Assembly: GCA_028820845.1 (NCBI GenBank) | Contig: JAPPII010000061.1 | Span: 65,889-129,888, forward strand | Origin: Candidatus Poribacteria bacterium | GTDB taxonomy: Bacteria > Poribacteria > WGA-4E > WGA-3G | Direction of reading: 5' to 3' | Length of the DNA stretch: 64,000 bases | Shown: piece after piece, positions 19,325 to 28,068 of the stretch | Position numbering within the stretch: the stretch's first letter is position 1 | How the letters are laid out: the number at the start of each line of letters is the position of its first letter | Notes under the pieces: model-generated | The model's input: only the letters and a program-made list of their open reading frames with translations | What the model was told of the DNA's origin: nothing | Databases searched by the model: none | Program-made: the position numbers and the translations under genes

Positions 19325-19353
19325 ATGATACAATTTCCTTCAAGAATTGTCAA
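19325..19353 (-). promoter_or_regulatory. sigma70-like promoter (TTGACA-17-TATCAT) for the SR-protein operon
   Basis: On the reverse strand, TTGACA lies at 19353-19348, followed by a 17 nt spacer and TATCAT at 19330-19325. This implies a ~450 nt leader to the ATG at 18866. Confidence 0.45.
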
Positions 19354-19372
19354 GGATTAATTCGTTCCACTT

Positions 19373-20107
19373 TCAATCTTTAGGAATCAGTTTAATTCCT
19401 CTTTTTTTGGCATGTTCCCGGGCGAGCGGCGTAATGATCGCGCCGTTTGGATAAACTAACTCGCGCACATTCGCATCCAGATTTGAAATAGTCGATGCAC
19501 TAATCAAAGACTTTTCCGAAGTGGCAGGTGAACTGTCTGTTTTCTCCGTGACGAATTCGGCAATTTGCATCATCGGGACCAATTGAACGCCAAGTTCGGA
19601 CAAAAGGTTTACATATTCAGCTTCGATAGCACCGATTTTTGTAGAAGTCTCACCTTGATTAAGTGCGTCGGAGGCGGCTATAACCTTCTTTCCTTTAGAG
19701 AGTGCTTCAAAAACGAGATAACTACACGGTGTATCCACCAATCTTAACGCAAGTTTCGCGACCATTGGATGCGAAAAGACAGGGAGGACGATTTGCTGAT
19801 AGGTCGCCACAAAAGCTGATATATCGCTGAGCGCATTTTCCTCCAAAGTGTTATCTTCACCAAACGCAGCATGAATCGATTCAAGATTTATGACTTTAGT
19901 TGCGAGTTCGGACAGAATTATTGTAATTTTCCACCCATTCTGCTGGCATATCTGAAGCTGCTTGAGGGGCTCATCCAATTCAAATTGTGTAGCACCAAAG
20001 ATAGCGAGTAGTTGTTTTTCGTGTACAGCCTGCGTCGTAGTAGTTGTCTGCTCTTGTAGTACCTTCTCTACGACTTTCCTAATCTGGTCAATCAGTTCAT
20101 GATTCAT
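19373..20107 (-). CDS. flavoprotein-like (Rossmann) protein with an N-terminal amphipathic helix; BMC-associated by context
   Basis: 244 aa ORF. The N-terminus MNHELIDQIRKVVEKVLQE is followed by a poly-Thr linker. The core resembles the flavoprotein fold (VLPVFSHPMVAKLALRLVDTP...KKVIAASDA). The C-terminal motif is AIITPLAREHAKKRGIKL. Confidence 0.4.
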   Translation of the reverse strand: MNHELIDQIRKVVEKVLQEQTTTTTQAVHEKQLLAIFGATQFELDEPLKQLQICQQNGWKITIILSELATKVINLESIHAAFGEDNTLEENALSDISAFVATYQQIVLPVFSHPMVAKLALRLVDTPCSYLVFEALSKGKKVIAASDALNQGETSTKIGAIEAEYVNLLSELGVQLVPMMQIAEFVTEKTDSSPATSEKSLISASTISNLDANVRELVYPNGAIITPLAREHAKKRGIKLIPKD

Positions 20108-20139
20108 GTTAGTTCAAAACTATAGGAAATCTGCGAATT

Positions 20140-20853
20140 TTATCCTGCATCGCTCACGATTTCGACAGGTTCGCCGCCTTTCAGACCAGCGGCGTTGGAG
20201 TCATCGGTATCCAAGTGCATTTGGAGCGCATATCCCTCAGAGATCTTCGGACGAACGTTTTCAAGTGTTAAAGCGCGCTCACCGGGAAAGCGTACTTTCA
20301 GAAGATCATTCTCGTGGATACCAAGAGCCTCAGCCTCTTTAGGCGTCATGTGAATGTGTCGTGTTGCGCAGATCGCGCCTTCTTCCAAATAGACGCTTCC
20401 TGCCGGACCGATGAGCGTAATCGGTTCGGCACCAGCAAGGTCGCCGGAGTCTCGAATAGGTGGGTTTAATCCGAGTCGAATTGCTTCCGTTTGTGCAACT
20501 TCGACTTGAGAGTAGTCCCGTACGGGACCGAGAATGCGAACGGCTTCGATAGCCCGCATCCGTTTTCCAACGATAGTTACTGTTTCATTTGCCGCGAATG
20601 CTCCAGGCTGATAGAGCGGGGCGTAGACAGTGAGTTGATGTCCAGCACCATAGAGGATTTCGAGGTGCTCCTGTGTTACATGGGCATGTCTTGCGGAGAC
20701 CCCGACTGGAATCTGCTGCTGCTGTGCAACGGCATCGCATGCGCGATTCCCCGCATCACAGGTTCGCAAAGCACAACCGCTACACGCCTGATCTGTCGTC
20801 AGTCTATTGACGACACGGCGGGTAATCAACTCAATAAGGGCTTGGTCTGGCAT
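20140..20853 (-). CDS. pduL: phosphate propanoyl/acyl-transferase PduL (BMC-type phosphotransacylase)
   Basis: 237 aa ORF with two PduL repeats (VSARHAHVTQEHLEILYG...; ICATRHIHMTPKEAEALGI...). An N-terminal amphipathic helix ALIELITRRVVNRL is followed by a 4-Cys linker, ACSGCALRTCDAGNRAC. Confidence 0.8.
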   Translation of the reverse strand: MPDQALIELITRRVVNRLTTDQACSGCALRTCDAGNRACDAVAQQQQIPVGVSARHAHVTQEHLEILYGAGHQLTVYAPLYQPGAFAANETVTIVGKRMRAIEAVRILGPVRDYSQVEVAQTEAIRLGLNPPIRDSGDLAGAEPITLIGPAGSVYLEEGAICATRHIHMTPKEAEALGIHENDLLKVRFPGERALTLENVRPKISEGYALQMHLDTDDSNAAGLKGGEPVEIVSDAG

Positions 20854-20898
20854 TTGTGATTCGCCTTTTTGGTTAGGAAATCCCGATTAACAAATAGT

Positions 20899-21174
20899 TT
20901 ACGCTTTGCTTAAGATGGTTTCAACGTCAGCGTGCGGACGTGGAATCACGTGAACAGAGACAACTTCACCTACACGTGCAGCGGCTTCGGCACCAGCATC
21001 CGTTGCAGCTTTTACTGCGCCGACATCACCACGAACCATGACGGTTACGTAACCCCCTCCAACTTGTTCATAGCCGACAAGTTGGACATTTGCTGCTTTC
21101 ACCATCGCATCGGCGGCTTCGATAGTACCAACCAAGCCTCTCGTTTCAATTAAACCCAACGCATCTCCGGTCAT
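20899..21174 (-). CDS. BMC-H shell protein (PduA/EutM/CcmK-type hexamer)
   Basis: The internal ATG at 21174 gives [81 protein letters not shown], a near-consensus PF00936 sequence. The 30-codon N-terminal extension in the track ORF looks spurious. Confidence 0.9.
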   Translation of the reverse strand: MTGDALGLIETRGLVGTIEAADAMVKAANVQLVGYEQVGGGYVTVMVRGDVGAVKAATDAGAEAAARVGEVVSVHVIPRPHADVETILSKA

Positions 21175-21320
21175 ATTAATTCTAATAGCCTCCCATTGAA
21201 AACTTAGCAATGAACGTGTGAGTAGCTGTAAGATATTCTGTGTGTGCAATACGGAAGAGCCCACATGAAAACGGAGGAAACTGAGCAGTAATGCATAAGT
21301 ACCTCACTCTATATAATATA

Positions 21321-22208
21321 TCACATTTTTTGAAGTTTTTCAACAAAAAAACTGAAAATACGTCTGTTTGCCTCATGGATCTCTTTTTCTACCTTAGCAA
21401 CTTCGCCGAGTTTCTGGTAGATTAAGGCACGCCAATAGTGGGCTTGTATGAGGGCGTTAGGATCACCTTGCCACGTTTGGATTGTTTCAGTAAGAAGTTC
21501 TAAGGCGTGTGTATAGTCGGCAATTGCTGATGTATGTGCCCGTGAGTGTTCGCGAATTAGCCCACGGCTCATGTAAGCGCGAGCAAACCGTGGCTCCAAA
21601 GCGATGGCTCGGTCCAGGTCTGCCAATGCAAGTTTTAAACGGTCTTTATCACCTTGGGTGAAAAGTTGAAAGTGGGTATTACCGCGGGAGTAGTACGTTA
21701 CTGCACTGGGCTGCCGCTTAATCACAGTATCATAATCGGCGAGCGCATTTTGAACATCGCCATGTTCAAGATGGGTTTGTGCGCGTTTCCCCATGACACG
21801 TGGACTCCACCTTTTTTTTAGAGAGGCGGTATAGTCTGCGATAGCACGCTGCGCGTCATCCAAGGCACGATACGCATCGCCGCGACTTGCATAAGCGTCT
21901 GCTTGGTATCGTTTGAGTTCTAAAGTTCGGGTGTAATCCGCTATTGCTGTTTTATAGTCTCCAGCGCGGTAATAGGCAAGACCACGTTTCACATAGGCTT
22001 CCGCATACCGTGGCTCAATTTCAACTGCTTGTGTGAATGCCGCTATAGCCTGCGGAATTTTCCATGTTCTGAGCGATAGGGTCCCTTTTTGGACGTATTC
22101 CTGTGCTTGTGGATTTTCCCCTTTTATTGCGTCCCATGTTACAAAACGAGAGGCAAGAAGGATAGTGAGAATCAGCACGGGAGTCATAATATAAATGAGT
22201 GGTCGCAT
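21321..22208 (-). CDS. TPR-repeat protein with an N-terminal membrane anchor
   Basis: 295 aa ORF with at least 6 degenerate 34-residue repeats (A..Y..RG.AY...GDY..AIADYT.ALEL.P). Confidence 0.75.
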   Translation of the reverse strand: MRPLIYIMTPVLILTILLASRFVTWDAIKGENPQAQEYVQKGTLSLRTWKIPQAIAAFTQAVEIEPRYAEAYVKRGLAYYRAGDYKTAIADYTRTLELKRYQADAYASRGDAYRALDDAQRAIADYTASLKKRWSPRVMGKRAQTHLEHGDVQNALADYDTVIKRQPSAVTYYSRGNTHFQLFTQGDKDRLKLALADLDRAIALEPRFARAYMSRGLIREHSRAHTSAIADYTHALELLTETIQTWQGDPNALIQAHYWRALIYQKLGEVAKVEKEIHEANRRIFSFFVEKLQKM

Positions 22209-22249
22209 GACGGGTGTCTTTCCTGCGGCGGTATACTGGTGCTACCGTT

Positions 22250-23233
22250 TCACTTCCCAGTATCGTTATAAAGATGGTGGATGTTCACGCCTAATTTCAA
22301 GGCGTGTACAGACGGATAGGTCTCTGCCAAGTCAATCTCAATATATGTCGGAACTCCCGGTGGCCCGCTGTAACCCGTTGAAAAGGTGAGTTGGCTTTCT
22401 CCGAAGGTTGCTATGCCATCTCTGACGTTTTTTCTTGGGAAATAACTGATGGGTGTGTGTCCAACGACAAGAAGGTTTCCCTGAACAGTTTTAAGAAATT
22501 TTTCAATGTGCCTTAAAGTATATCCACCACTATATGCGATTTCTGGACGGTGCCAGAGGAGTTCTTCCAAAGTTTTAGGGTTTGGAGCAACGAGGTCGGT
22601 GAGACTTGTGACAAGACGTGCCGGTCCAGCATGAATACCAACGAAGCCATTTTTTCCAATAACAACTGTTGGCAAACTCATAAGGAATTCGTAGTGTGCA
22701 TCGGTCATTCTTTCGATGAAGTTGAACTGTTCATAATAAGCACCCGACGGACTGGCGTATAATGCCCGGATCACTTCAGGTCGGTTTTCTACGGTCATCC
22801 CCATCTTTTTCAGCATTGCGTAGGTGTCTGCTGCGGCGAACTCATGATTTCCTCGAACATAGATAAGCTTGTTACCATTATCGCCGAGTTGCCTTCGGAG
22901 TTCGGTTATCCGGTCAACAATACGTATATCGCCATAAGGAGGGTGCCTCGGTTCATCTGGCTTATAGTCGACCGCATCTCCAAGTATTAGTCCGTAAACG
23001 TCTTCACCTGCTTGAATCCGCTCGATGAGGTTTGTGAGTCGTAACCACTGGTTAAAATCGTCCCAATGTGCGTGCAGATCAGAAACAATATAGACAGTGC
23101 CGTGATCAGGTAGAACAACGATGTGTCCATCGCGTGTCAATTGATTAGGGTATTCTGCAAGCCGTTTGGGTTGTGCTATTGCTATTGAAGCGAGCGAAAA
23201 ACAGAGGATGGTGTAAACTATAGGGGCGTTCAT
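22250..23233 (-). CDS. secreted calcineurin-like metallophosphoesterase
   Basis: 327 aa ORF with a signal peptide and the motifs SDLHAH, GDAVDY, GNHE and VGHTP. Confidence 0.75.
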   Translation of the reverse strand: MNAPIVYTILCFSLASIAIAQPKRLAEYPNQLTRDGHIVVLPDHGTVYIVSDLHAHWDDFNQWLRLTNLIERIQAGEDVYGLILGDAVDYKPDEPRHPPYGDIRIVDRITELRRQLGDNGNKLIYVRGNHEFAAADTYAMLKKMGMTVENRPEVIRALYASPSGAYYEQFNFIERMTDAHYEFLMSLPTVVIGKNGFVGIHAGPARLVTSLTDLVAPNPKTLEELLWHRPEIAYSGGYTLRHIEKFLKTVQGNLLVVGHTPISYFPRKNVRDGIATFGESQLTFSTGYSGPPGVPTYIEIDLAETYPSVHALKLGVNIHHLYNDTGK

Positions 23234-23239
23234 CGATCC

Positions 23240-24148
23240 TTAAACCTTAAAGAATGCGTCCACAGTATCTTCCTGTTGCGCGAGTTTATTGAGGTGACGC
23301 CGTCTGCGGCTCCAACAGACAAGATAGCCGAGGAGCGCGAGACCGCCGAGTCCACCCCATAAGATGTATGAGTTGGAAAAAAGAGATGCCCATCGGTAAC
23401 GCTCCATCAACGATTCGCGCCAACGGACATCGTAGGTGGCGAGATTCCATCCAACTACGTCTTCAAAAGCAGTGTTGAAATTACGACCAGCATGAAGCTT
23501 CGCAATAATGTCAAACAATGCCTCTCTACCTTTGACTTCAACTAACCAACGGACAGCGTCTTGGCTTTCGGCGTAAGCCAAATCGGCACCCATTTGCGAA
23601 CGCGGGAAACTTCGCTCCAATTCCTGAAGTGGCAGTATAGATTTCGAGAATATGTGTTTGAGTAGTGTTCCGTGGCGACTCGGCACCCATTCATCAGCAA
23701 AATAGATGGCAATACCCTCCACGAACCACAAGGGGATCTCTTTAACGGCTTTGCGTGTACACTGTCCAAAGAGGACGTGTGCGATTTCGTGGCGAAGGAC
23801 TTGCACTAACTGTAGTTTGGCAAGAGCTATATGTTTTGGGTTTTGGATAACAATCCGGCGACTCAGCGGAAAGGCACACCCGACCGCCCAATCCTGAATG
23901 GGTGCGTGAACAGAAGCCTGAAATGCTTTCTGTGTATCACAGACCCAGATGTCAATTATTCCTGGCGACATACGACTGGTGAGCTGCGGCATTTCAGCGT
24001 AAAACTCTTCTGCAATCTGAAGAATTGACACTGGATCCGCTGTCCCTTCTCGATAGTAGACTCGAAAATGTGGGCTCTCTACTGATTCCCAAGTGGCTGA
24101 TGCTGAAAGTATCGGCAGTAGTAATAGGAAAAGAATAAGGTTTTTCAT
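23240..24148 (-). CDS. MA-clan zinc peptidase-like protein with a C-terminal TM anchor
   Basis: 302 aa ORF with a signal peptide, an HExxH motif (LRHEIAHVLF), a downstream WFVEG motif, and a C-terminal hydrophobic segment followed by RRRRH. Confidence 0.55.
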   Translation of the reverse strand: MKNLILFLLLLPILSASATWESVESPHFRVYYREGTADPVSILQIAEEFYAEMPQLTSRMSPGIIDIWVCDTQKAFQASVHAPIQDWAVGCAFPLSRRIVIQNPKHIALAKLQLVQVLRHEIAHVLFGQCTRKAVKEIPLWFVEGIAIYFADEWVPSRHGTLLKHIFSKSILPLQELERSFPRSQMGADLAYAESQDAVRWLVEVKGREALFDIIAKLHAGRNFNTAFEDVVGWNLATYDVRWRESLMERYRWASLFSNSYILWGGLGGLALLGYLVCWSRRRRHLNKLAQQEDTVDAFFKV

Positions 24149-24195
24149 ATTTAGTCACCCGTCCCTCCCAACACGCGTGAGGTTCACCACGAAAC

Positions 24196-25158
24196 CTACG
24201 GATAAAGATGAGCGACTGCGCTGCCGTAACCGTTGTAAATCATTGTTGGGAGCCTTTCTCCGGTTCCAATCATTCTCTCACTGGCTTGTGACCACCGCGG
24301 ATGCGGCACGTTCGGATTGACGTTCGCCTCAAAGTCGTACTCCCGCGGTGCAAGCGTATTCCAAAAAGTGCGTGGCTTCTTGTTTGTCAATTCAATGCTA
24401 ACAATAGATTTAATACTTTTGAACCCATACTTCCAAGGTACGATGAGCCGGATAGGTGCCCCGTGCTGTGGCGGTAGGATGTGTCCGTAAATGCCGACAG
24501 TGAGTATTGTCAAGTCATTCATCGCTTCAGCCAATGTGAGTCCTTCATAATAGGGCCACGGATAGCGCAAATTGCGTTGTTGCGGTGCTACCTCTGAATC
24601 CATGAATGTGAGCATTCGCACATATTTGGCATCCGCTGTTGGCTGAACTTTTTCAAGGAGTGCTTTCATCGGGAAGCCGATCCAAGGGACCACCATTGCC
24701 CATGCTTCAACGCACCGAAAACGATAGATTCTCTCTTCCAACGGCATCTGTTTGATTAAATCATCAATATCCAAGGTCATCGGTTTTTCGACGAGTCCTG
24801 ATATTTCGATTTCCCAAGGCCGTGTTTTGAATTTCTTCACTTCTTTCCAAACACCGCTCTTGGAGGTGGTGAACTCATAATAGTTGTTATAGGTAGCAGC
24901 AACAACTTCGTCGGTCATCTGTCTATCTACTGTAAAGTTCGGATTATTTTCAGCATTAAGTTTCTGTGCACGATACGGCTCTAACTGTTTTTCGACCCCT
25001 TTGTTCTGTGCACAGGCGTTTGAACTCGAAAAGAGTAACGCACCCGCGCCCGCTAATCCCAAATCTTTAATGAACTTCCGACGATTGATATAATCTGATT
25101 CAGATGTTGCCTGATTTTCAGGAATTTCCCATTCCTTTGGAATTTTAATATACGGCAT
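24196..25158 (-). CDS. msrP: protein-methionine-sulfoxide reductase catalytic subunit MsrP (YedY-type molybdoenzyme)
   Basis: The ATG at 25158 (GGAGG upstream) gives MPYIKIP... with the Tat-type signal RRKFIKDLGLAGAGALL. It also has YNNYYEFTTSK and the conserved Mo-oxidoreductase core. No msrQ is adjacent. Confidence 0.85.
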   Translation of the reverse strand: MPYIKIPKEWEIPENQATSESDYINRRKFIKDLGLAGAGALLFSSSNACAQNKGVEKQLEPYRAQKLNAENNPNFTVDRQMTDEVVAATYNNYYEFTTSKSGVWKEVKKFKTRPWEIEISGLVEKPMTLDIDDLIKQMPLEERIYRFRCVEAWAMVVPWIGFPMKALLEKVQPTADAKYVRMLTFMDSEVAPQQRNLRYPWPYYEGLTLAEAMNDLTILTVGIYGHILPPQHGAPIRLIVPWKYGFKSIKSIVSIELTNKKPRTFWNTLAPREYDFEANVNPNVPHPRWSQASERMIGTGERLPTMIYNGYGSAVAHLYP

Positions 25159-25467
25159 GAGATTGCCTCCGTCTTGATTTAAACTACACCAGCTTGATTC
25201 CGATCTCTGTTTCTCTTTTCTGATAGAAAGTGGCATTTGAGAATATCACAAACTCAGCGCAGATACTTATGGTATAGTATATCTTATTTTTCTCTGCGAT
25301 GCAACTTGAATTTGGGCATTTATTGGATATTCGAGCGCCGCGCCGTAGAGATTCCACATAATGTGACGGTCCTCTAAAAAACGATGCTCATCCTGGCAAA
25401 GTTGACCAACTTAATATCTCATGAGAAAAGAATGAAATTGAGGTCCATTCGGCTGCCTGATTTTTTT

Positions 25468-25497
25468 TTGCAACTTTTTGAGATTTTGGTGTATAAT
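25468..25497 (+). promoter_or_regulatory. sigma70-like promoter (TTGCAA-18-TATAAT) at the head of the metal-efflux island
   Basis: TTGCAA at 25468-25473 and TATAAT at 25492-25497, preceded by a T-rich UP-like tract. Confidence 0.45.
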
Positions 25498-25555
25498 ACC
25501 CTAAAGCGTTTATTTGGTTCCCACTTTCTGATGAAATAGCGGAGTTGATTGAGCA

Positions 25556-25996
25556 ATGTTGCAGAGACATCGACAAGTTCTCATTCTACTTGTAGGACTA
25601 TTGTATGTTTATTCGGTATGCCCGCTTCTATGCTCGGCTTTTGAACAGAAGTTCTGTCACGATGGATCTCAAAAGGTCCTGCCCGGAACTGTAGAAGTCC
25701 AATCAAGCTGCTGCCGGAGTACCAAGACAGGCGCAGCGGATGGAGCCGAAATACCGTCGGAAAGCGGTAAATTGTGTTGCTCGACCAATTTAGAACTTGT
25801 GATTCCAGATGACAGGCACAACACGTCCGAATTCCGTGAATTGATCGGACGGTCGCTCGTCTCAATCCTTCCTATCTCAGCGACTTTACCTATCACACCG
25901 TCGGAGTCACTCCAAACGCTCCGCATACCTTTAATTTCCACGTTTTTCCCCGACCACTCTCTATCCCGTAGAGGTCCTCCATCTATCCTGTCTTAG
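25556..25996 (+). CDS. hypothetical Cys-rich membrane-anchored or secreted protein
   Basis: 146 aa ORF with an N-terminal hydrophobic segment containing CPLLC, then SSCCRS and KLCCST pairs. I recognised no family. Its coding status is supported only by the promoter and its position. Confidence 0.3.
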   Translation: MLQRHRQVLILLVGLLYVYSVCPLLCSAFEQKFCHDGSQKVLPGTVEVQSSCCRSTKTGAADGAEIPSESGKLCCSTNLELVIPDDRHNTSEFRELIGRSLVSILPISATLPITPSESLQTLRIPLISTFFPDHSLSRRGPPSILS

Positions 25997-26183
25997 GTGA
26001 GTTTCCAAAAAATTCCTGAAGCATTCACCTATCCTTTATTACTATTACCAATACTTTTACATATCGTTTTCCCGCGTTCTCTTTGAGTGAAAATTTGTGC
26101 CGGGAACTGCTAATAGATCTGTAGTGAGAAGTCTTGTGTCTTGCTGCGCTACAATATTTTATGGATGGTATAAATTACAAATT

Positions 26184-27233
26184 ATGAAAATGCGTTTGTT
26201 TTTCTGCGTGATGTTGTTCAGTTGGGTTTTTGTCTCTTTCGGATTCGCACAAGAGAGTTGCCCAGCTTGAAGCAATCCCGTCTTACCGCCAAGCGGTATG
26301 ATGAGTGAAGTCAGTTTGGCTTCAAAAGAGATAGAGCAATTTCAAGTAAATGTCAATATGTTGGTTTCGCCTGATGCACGAGGTGGGCATCGAGCGTCAA
26401 CAGGGCTGTCTGCAGCAGGAGAGATAATAGATGCTCCTTTGCATAGACACCGTGTGGCGTTGAGTACTTACCGGATTGATGTTGGGTTACAATACTTGCT
26501 TAACGATCAATGGATGTTGCAGGCAAATGTTCCGTATGCGGTCAAAGACCAAAGAGCAAGCATTGAGTGGATTGATCCGGTGACTACCGAAGATAAGCAA
26601 GCCATTTTGCGGAGTAGAGACATCCATCATCGGAATGAAACCTATACCGGGCTTGCGGATTCAGATTTGTTCTTAGGCTATAAGTTTCGTGGGCTTTTTA
26701 AAGCAGGTGATATATTGTTTGCCCGGTTAGGCACGACAATTCCAACCGGTAGAACAGAAGAAAATCCATGGAAACTTGGGGATGCCGGCATCGAACACCT
26801 CCATATCCAATTCGGCACTGGTACCTTTAACCCAATTGTTAATTTGCGATACAGTTTACCTCTCTATCGGGGTATGATGATCACTGCTTCGACACGTGGC
26901 ACGTTTCCGTTCTATGAAAATAGCAAGACGTATCGAGGTCCAGTGGAGTTAAGCTATACAGCCGGTTTTATGTATCGTCTCTTTGATTGGCTTTCATTTA
27001 ATGGAAACTATCTCGGATTTTATCAATCCGCTGCCATTTGGGATGGGGAGCGTGATATTAATACCGGACTGCGTTATAGCATGGCAGCACTTGGTATGTC
27101 CTTGGCAACATTAGATGGCATTGTTGTGTCTGCCAACGTTATGTTTCCACTGACGCAAGAGACTCTTTATGATGAAGGTGATGCGATTGAATTTGGCAAT
27201 TTGGTTTCTTTGACCACAACCTACTCATTTTAA
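26184..27233 (+). CDS. outer-membrane beta-barrel protein; the signal peptide is joined to the barrel through an in-frame TGA (candidate selenocysteine codon, or a disrupted gene)
   Basis: ATG at 26184 encodes MKMRLFFCVMLFSWVFVSFGFAQESCPA, followed by TGA at 26268-26270. The same frame then continues SNPVLPPSG into the track ORF 26298..27233. That ORF has no signal peptide of its own and ends in the OMP-type ...TTTYSF. Confidence 0.5.
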
Positions 27234-27334
27234 TTTTCAACGGAAAACAATGCAGCCTTCTGTTTGTCAGTACACTCTTCTAATCCCGTCAGAAGTCTGA
27301 CAACCACTGAGGCAGCGCAAAAAAGGAGTAACGT

Positions 27335-27967
27335 ATGAAAACGAAGTTGACGCGGCGAATCATCGCATCTTTCTTGGCAGTTCTAACTGTGCTGCTGTTC
27401 TCGATCTTTTCGCTTAATGCGGAGGAAGCGCACAAAGAACATGAGGCTCATCAGCATGGTAATCACATGGCTGCTGATGACGACAAAGTACGTTGTGTAG
27501 TTGATGGCATGATGATGAAGCCTTCGGCAATGGTTAAAGTTGAACAGGACGGAAAAGTCTACTATTTCTGCAACGACATGCAGGCAGAGATGTTTAAGGC
27601 GGATCCAGATAAGTTCCTCCAAACGATTTCAGTAGGAAATTTGACTTTCGATCTCAACGTGTTAACTACGGATGCTTATAAAGGAATGATGTCTCACATG
27701 GGAATGGGAGGCATGATAAAAGCCGATGAGATTAAGGGAAAAACACACTATTTCAGTGTGTACCCGATACAAGGTCACGGAGAGGCTACGTTAGGCGATG
27801 TGAAGCTCGCCCTTCAGGTTACCAATGCCGAAGGGGAGACGAAGATGACATTGCTGAAATATGGTAAAATGACTCGCACCTACGAAGGGTTTATCGCTAT
27901 GCCAACGGGTGATGAACACAAGGTTCGCATTCGGGTGACGAGTCCTGCTGTTAAAATTTCACTTTAG
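27335..27967 (+). CDS. periplasmic YHS-domain metal-binding protein with a Met/His-rich Ig-like C-terminal domain
   Basis: 210 aa ORF with a signal peptide and a His-rich stretch (HKEHEAHQHGNH). It has the YHS/TRASH signature (KVYYFCNDMQAEMFKADPDKF) and MMSHMGMGGM. Confidence 0.7.
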   Translation: MKTKLTRRIIASFLAVLTVLLFSIFSLNAEEAHKEHEAHQHGNHMAADDDKVRCVVDGMMMKPSAMVKVEQDGKVYYFCNDMQAEMFKADPDKFLQTISVGNLTFDLNVLTTDAYKGMMSHMGMGGMIKADEIKGKTHYFSVYPIQGHGEATLGDVKLALQVTNAEGETKMTLLKYGKMTRTYEGFIAMPTGDEHKVRIRVTSPAVKISL

Positions 27968-27970
27968 TGA

Positions 27971-28051
27971 CTTTCAGTCTTCGGCTTTCAGCCTTCAGTA
28001 AAAGGGTTTCTGTTAAAGTTACACTCTCTGCTGATTGCTGTTAGCTGAGGA
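27971..28051. repeat. heptanucleotide tandem repeats in the YHS-tolC spacer
   Basis: One block is CTTTCAG TCTTCGG CTTTCAG CCTTCAG (27971-27998). A second block is CTGATTG CTGTTAG CTGAGGA (28031-28051). Confidence 0.6.
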
Positions 28052-28068
28052 CTATTAACAAGGAGACG

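Noticed and set aside
26268-26270. Genome-wide reassignment of TGA (to Gly or Trp) as the explanation for the in-frame TGA.
   Set aside because: TGA is used as an ordinary stop elsewhere in the window. For example, ggt ends at 2956-2958 at the expected C-terminus of the family.
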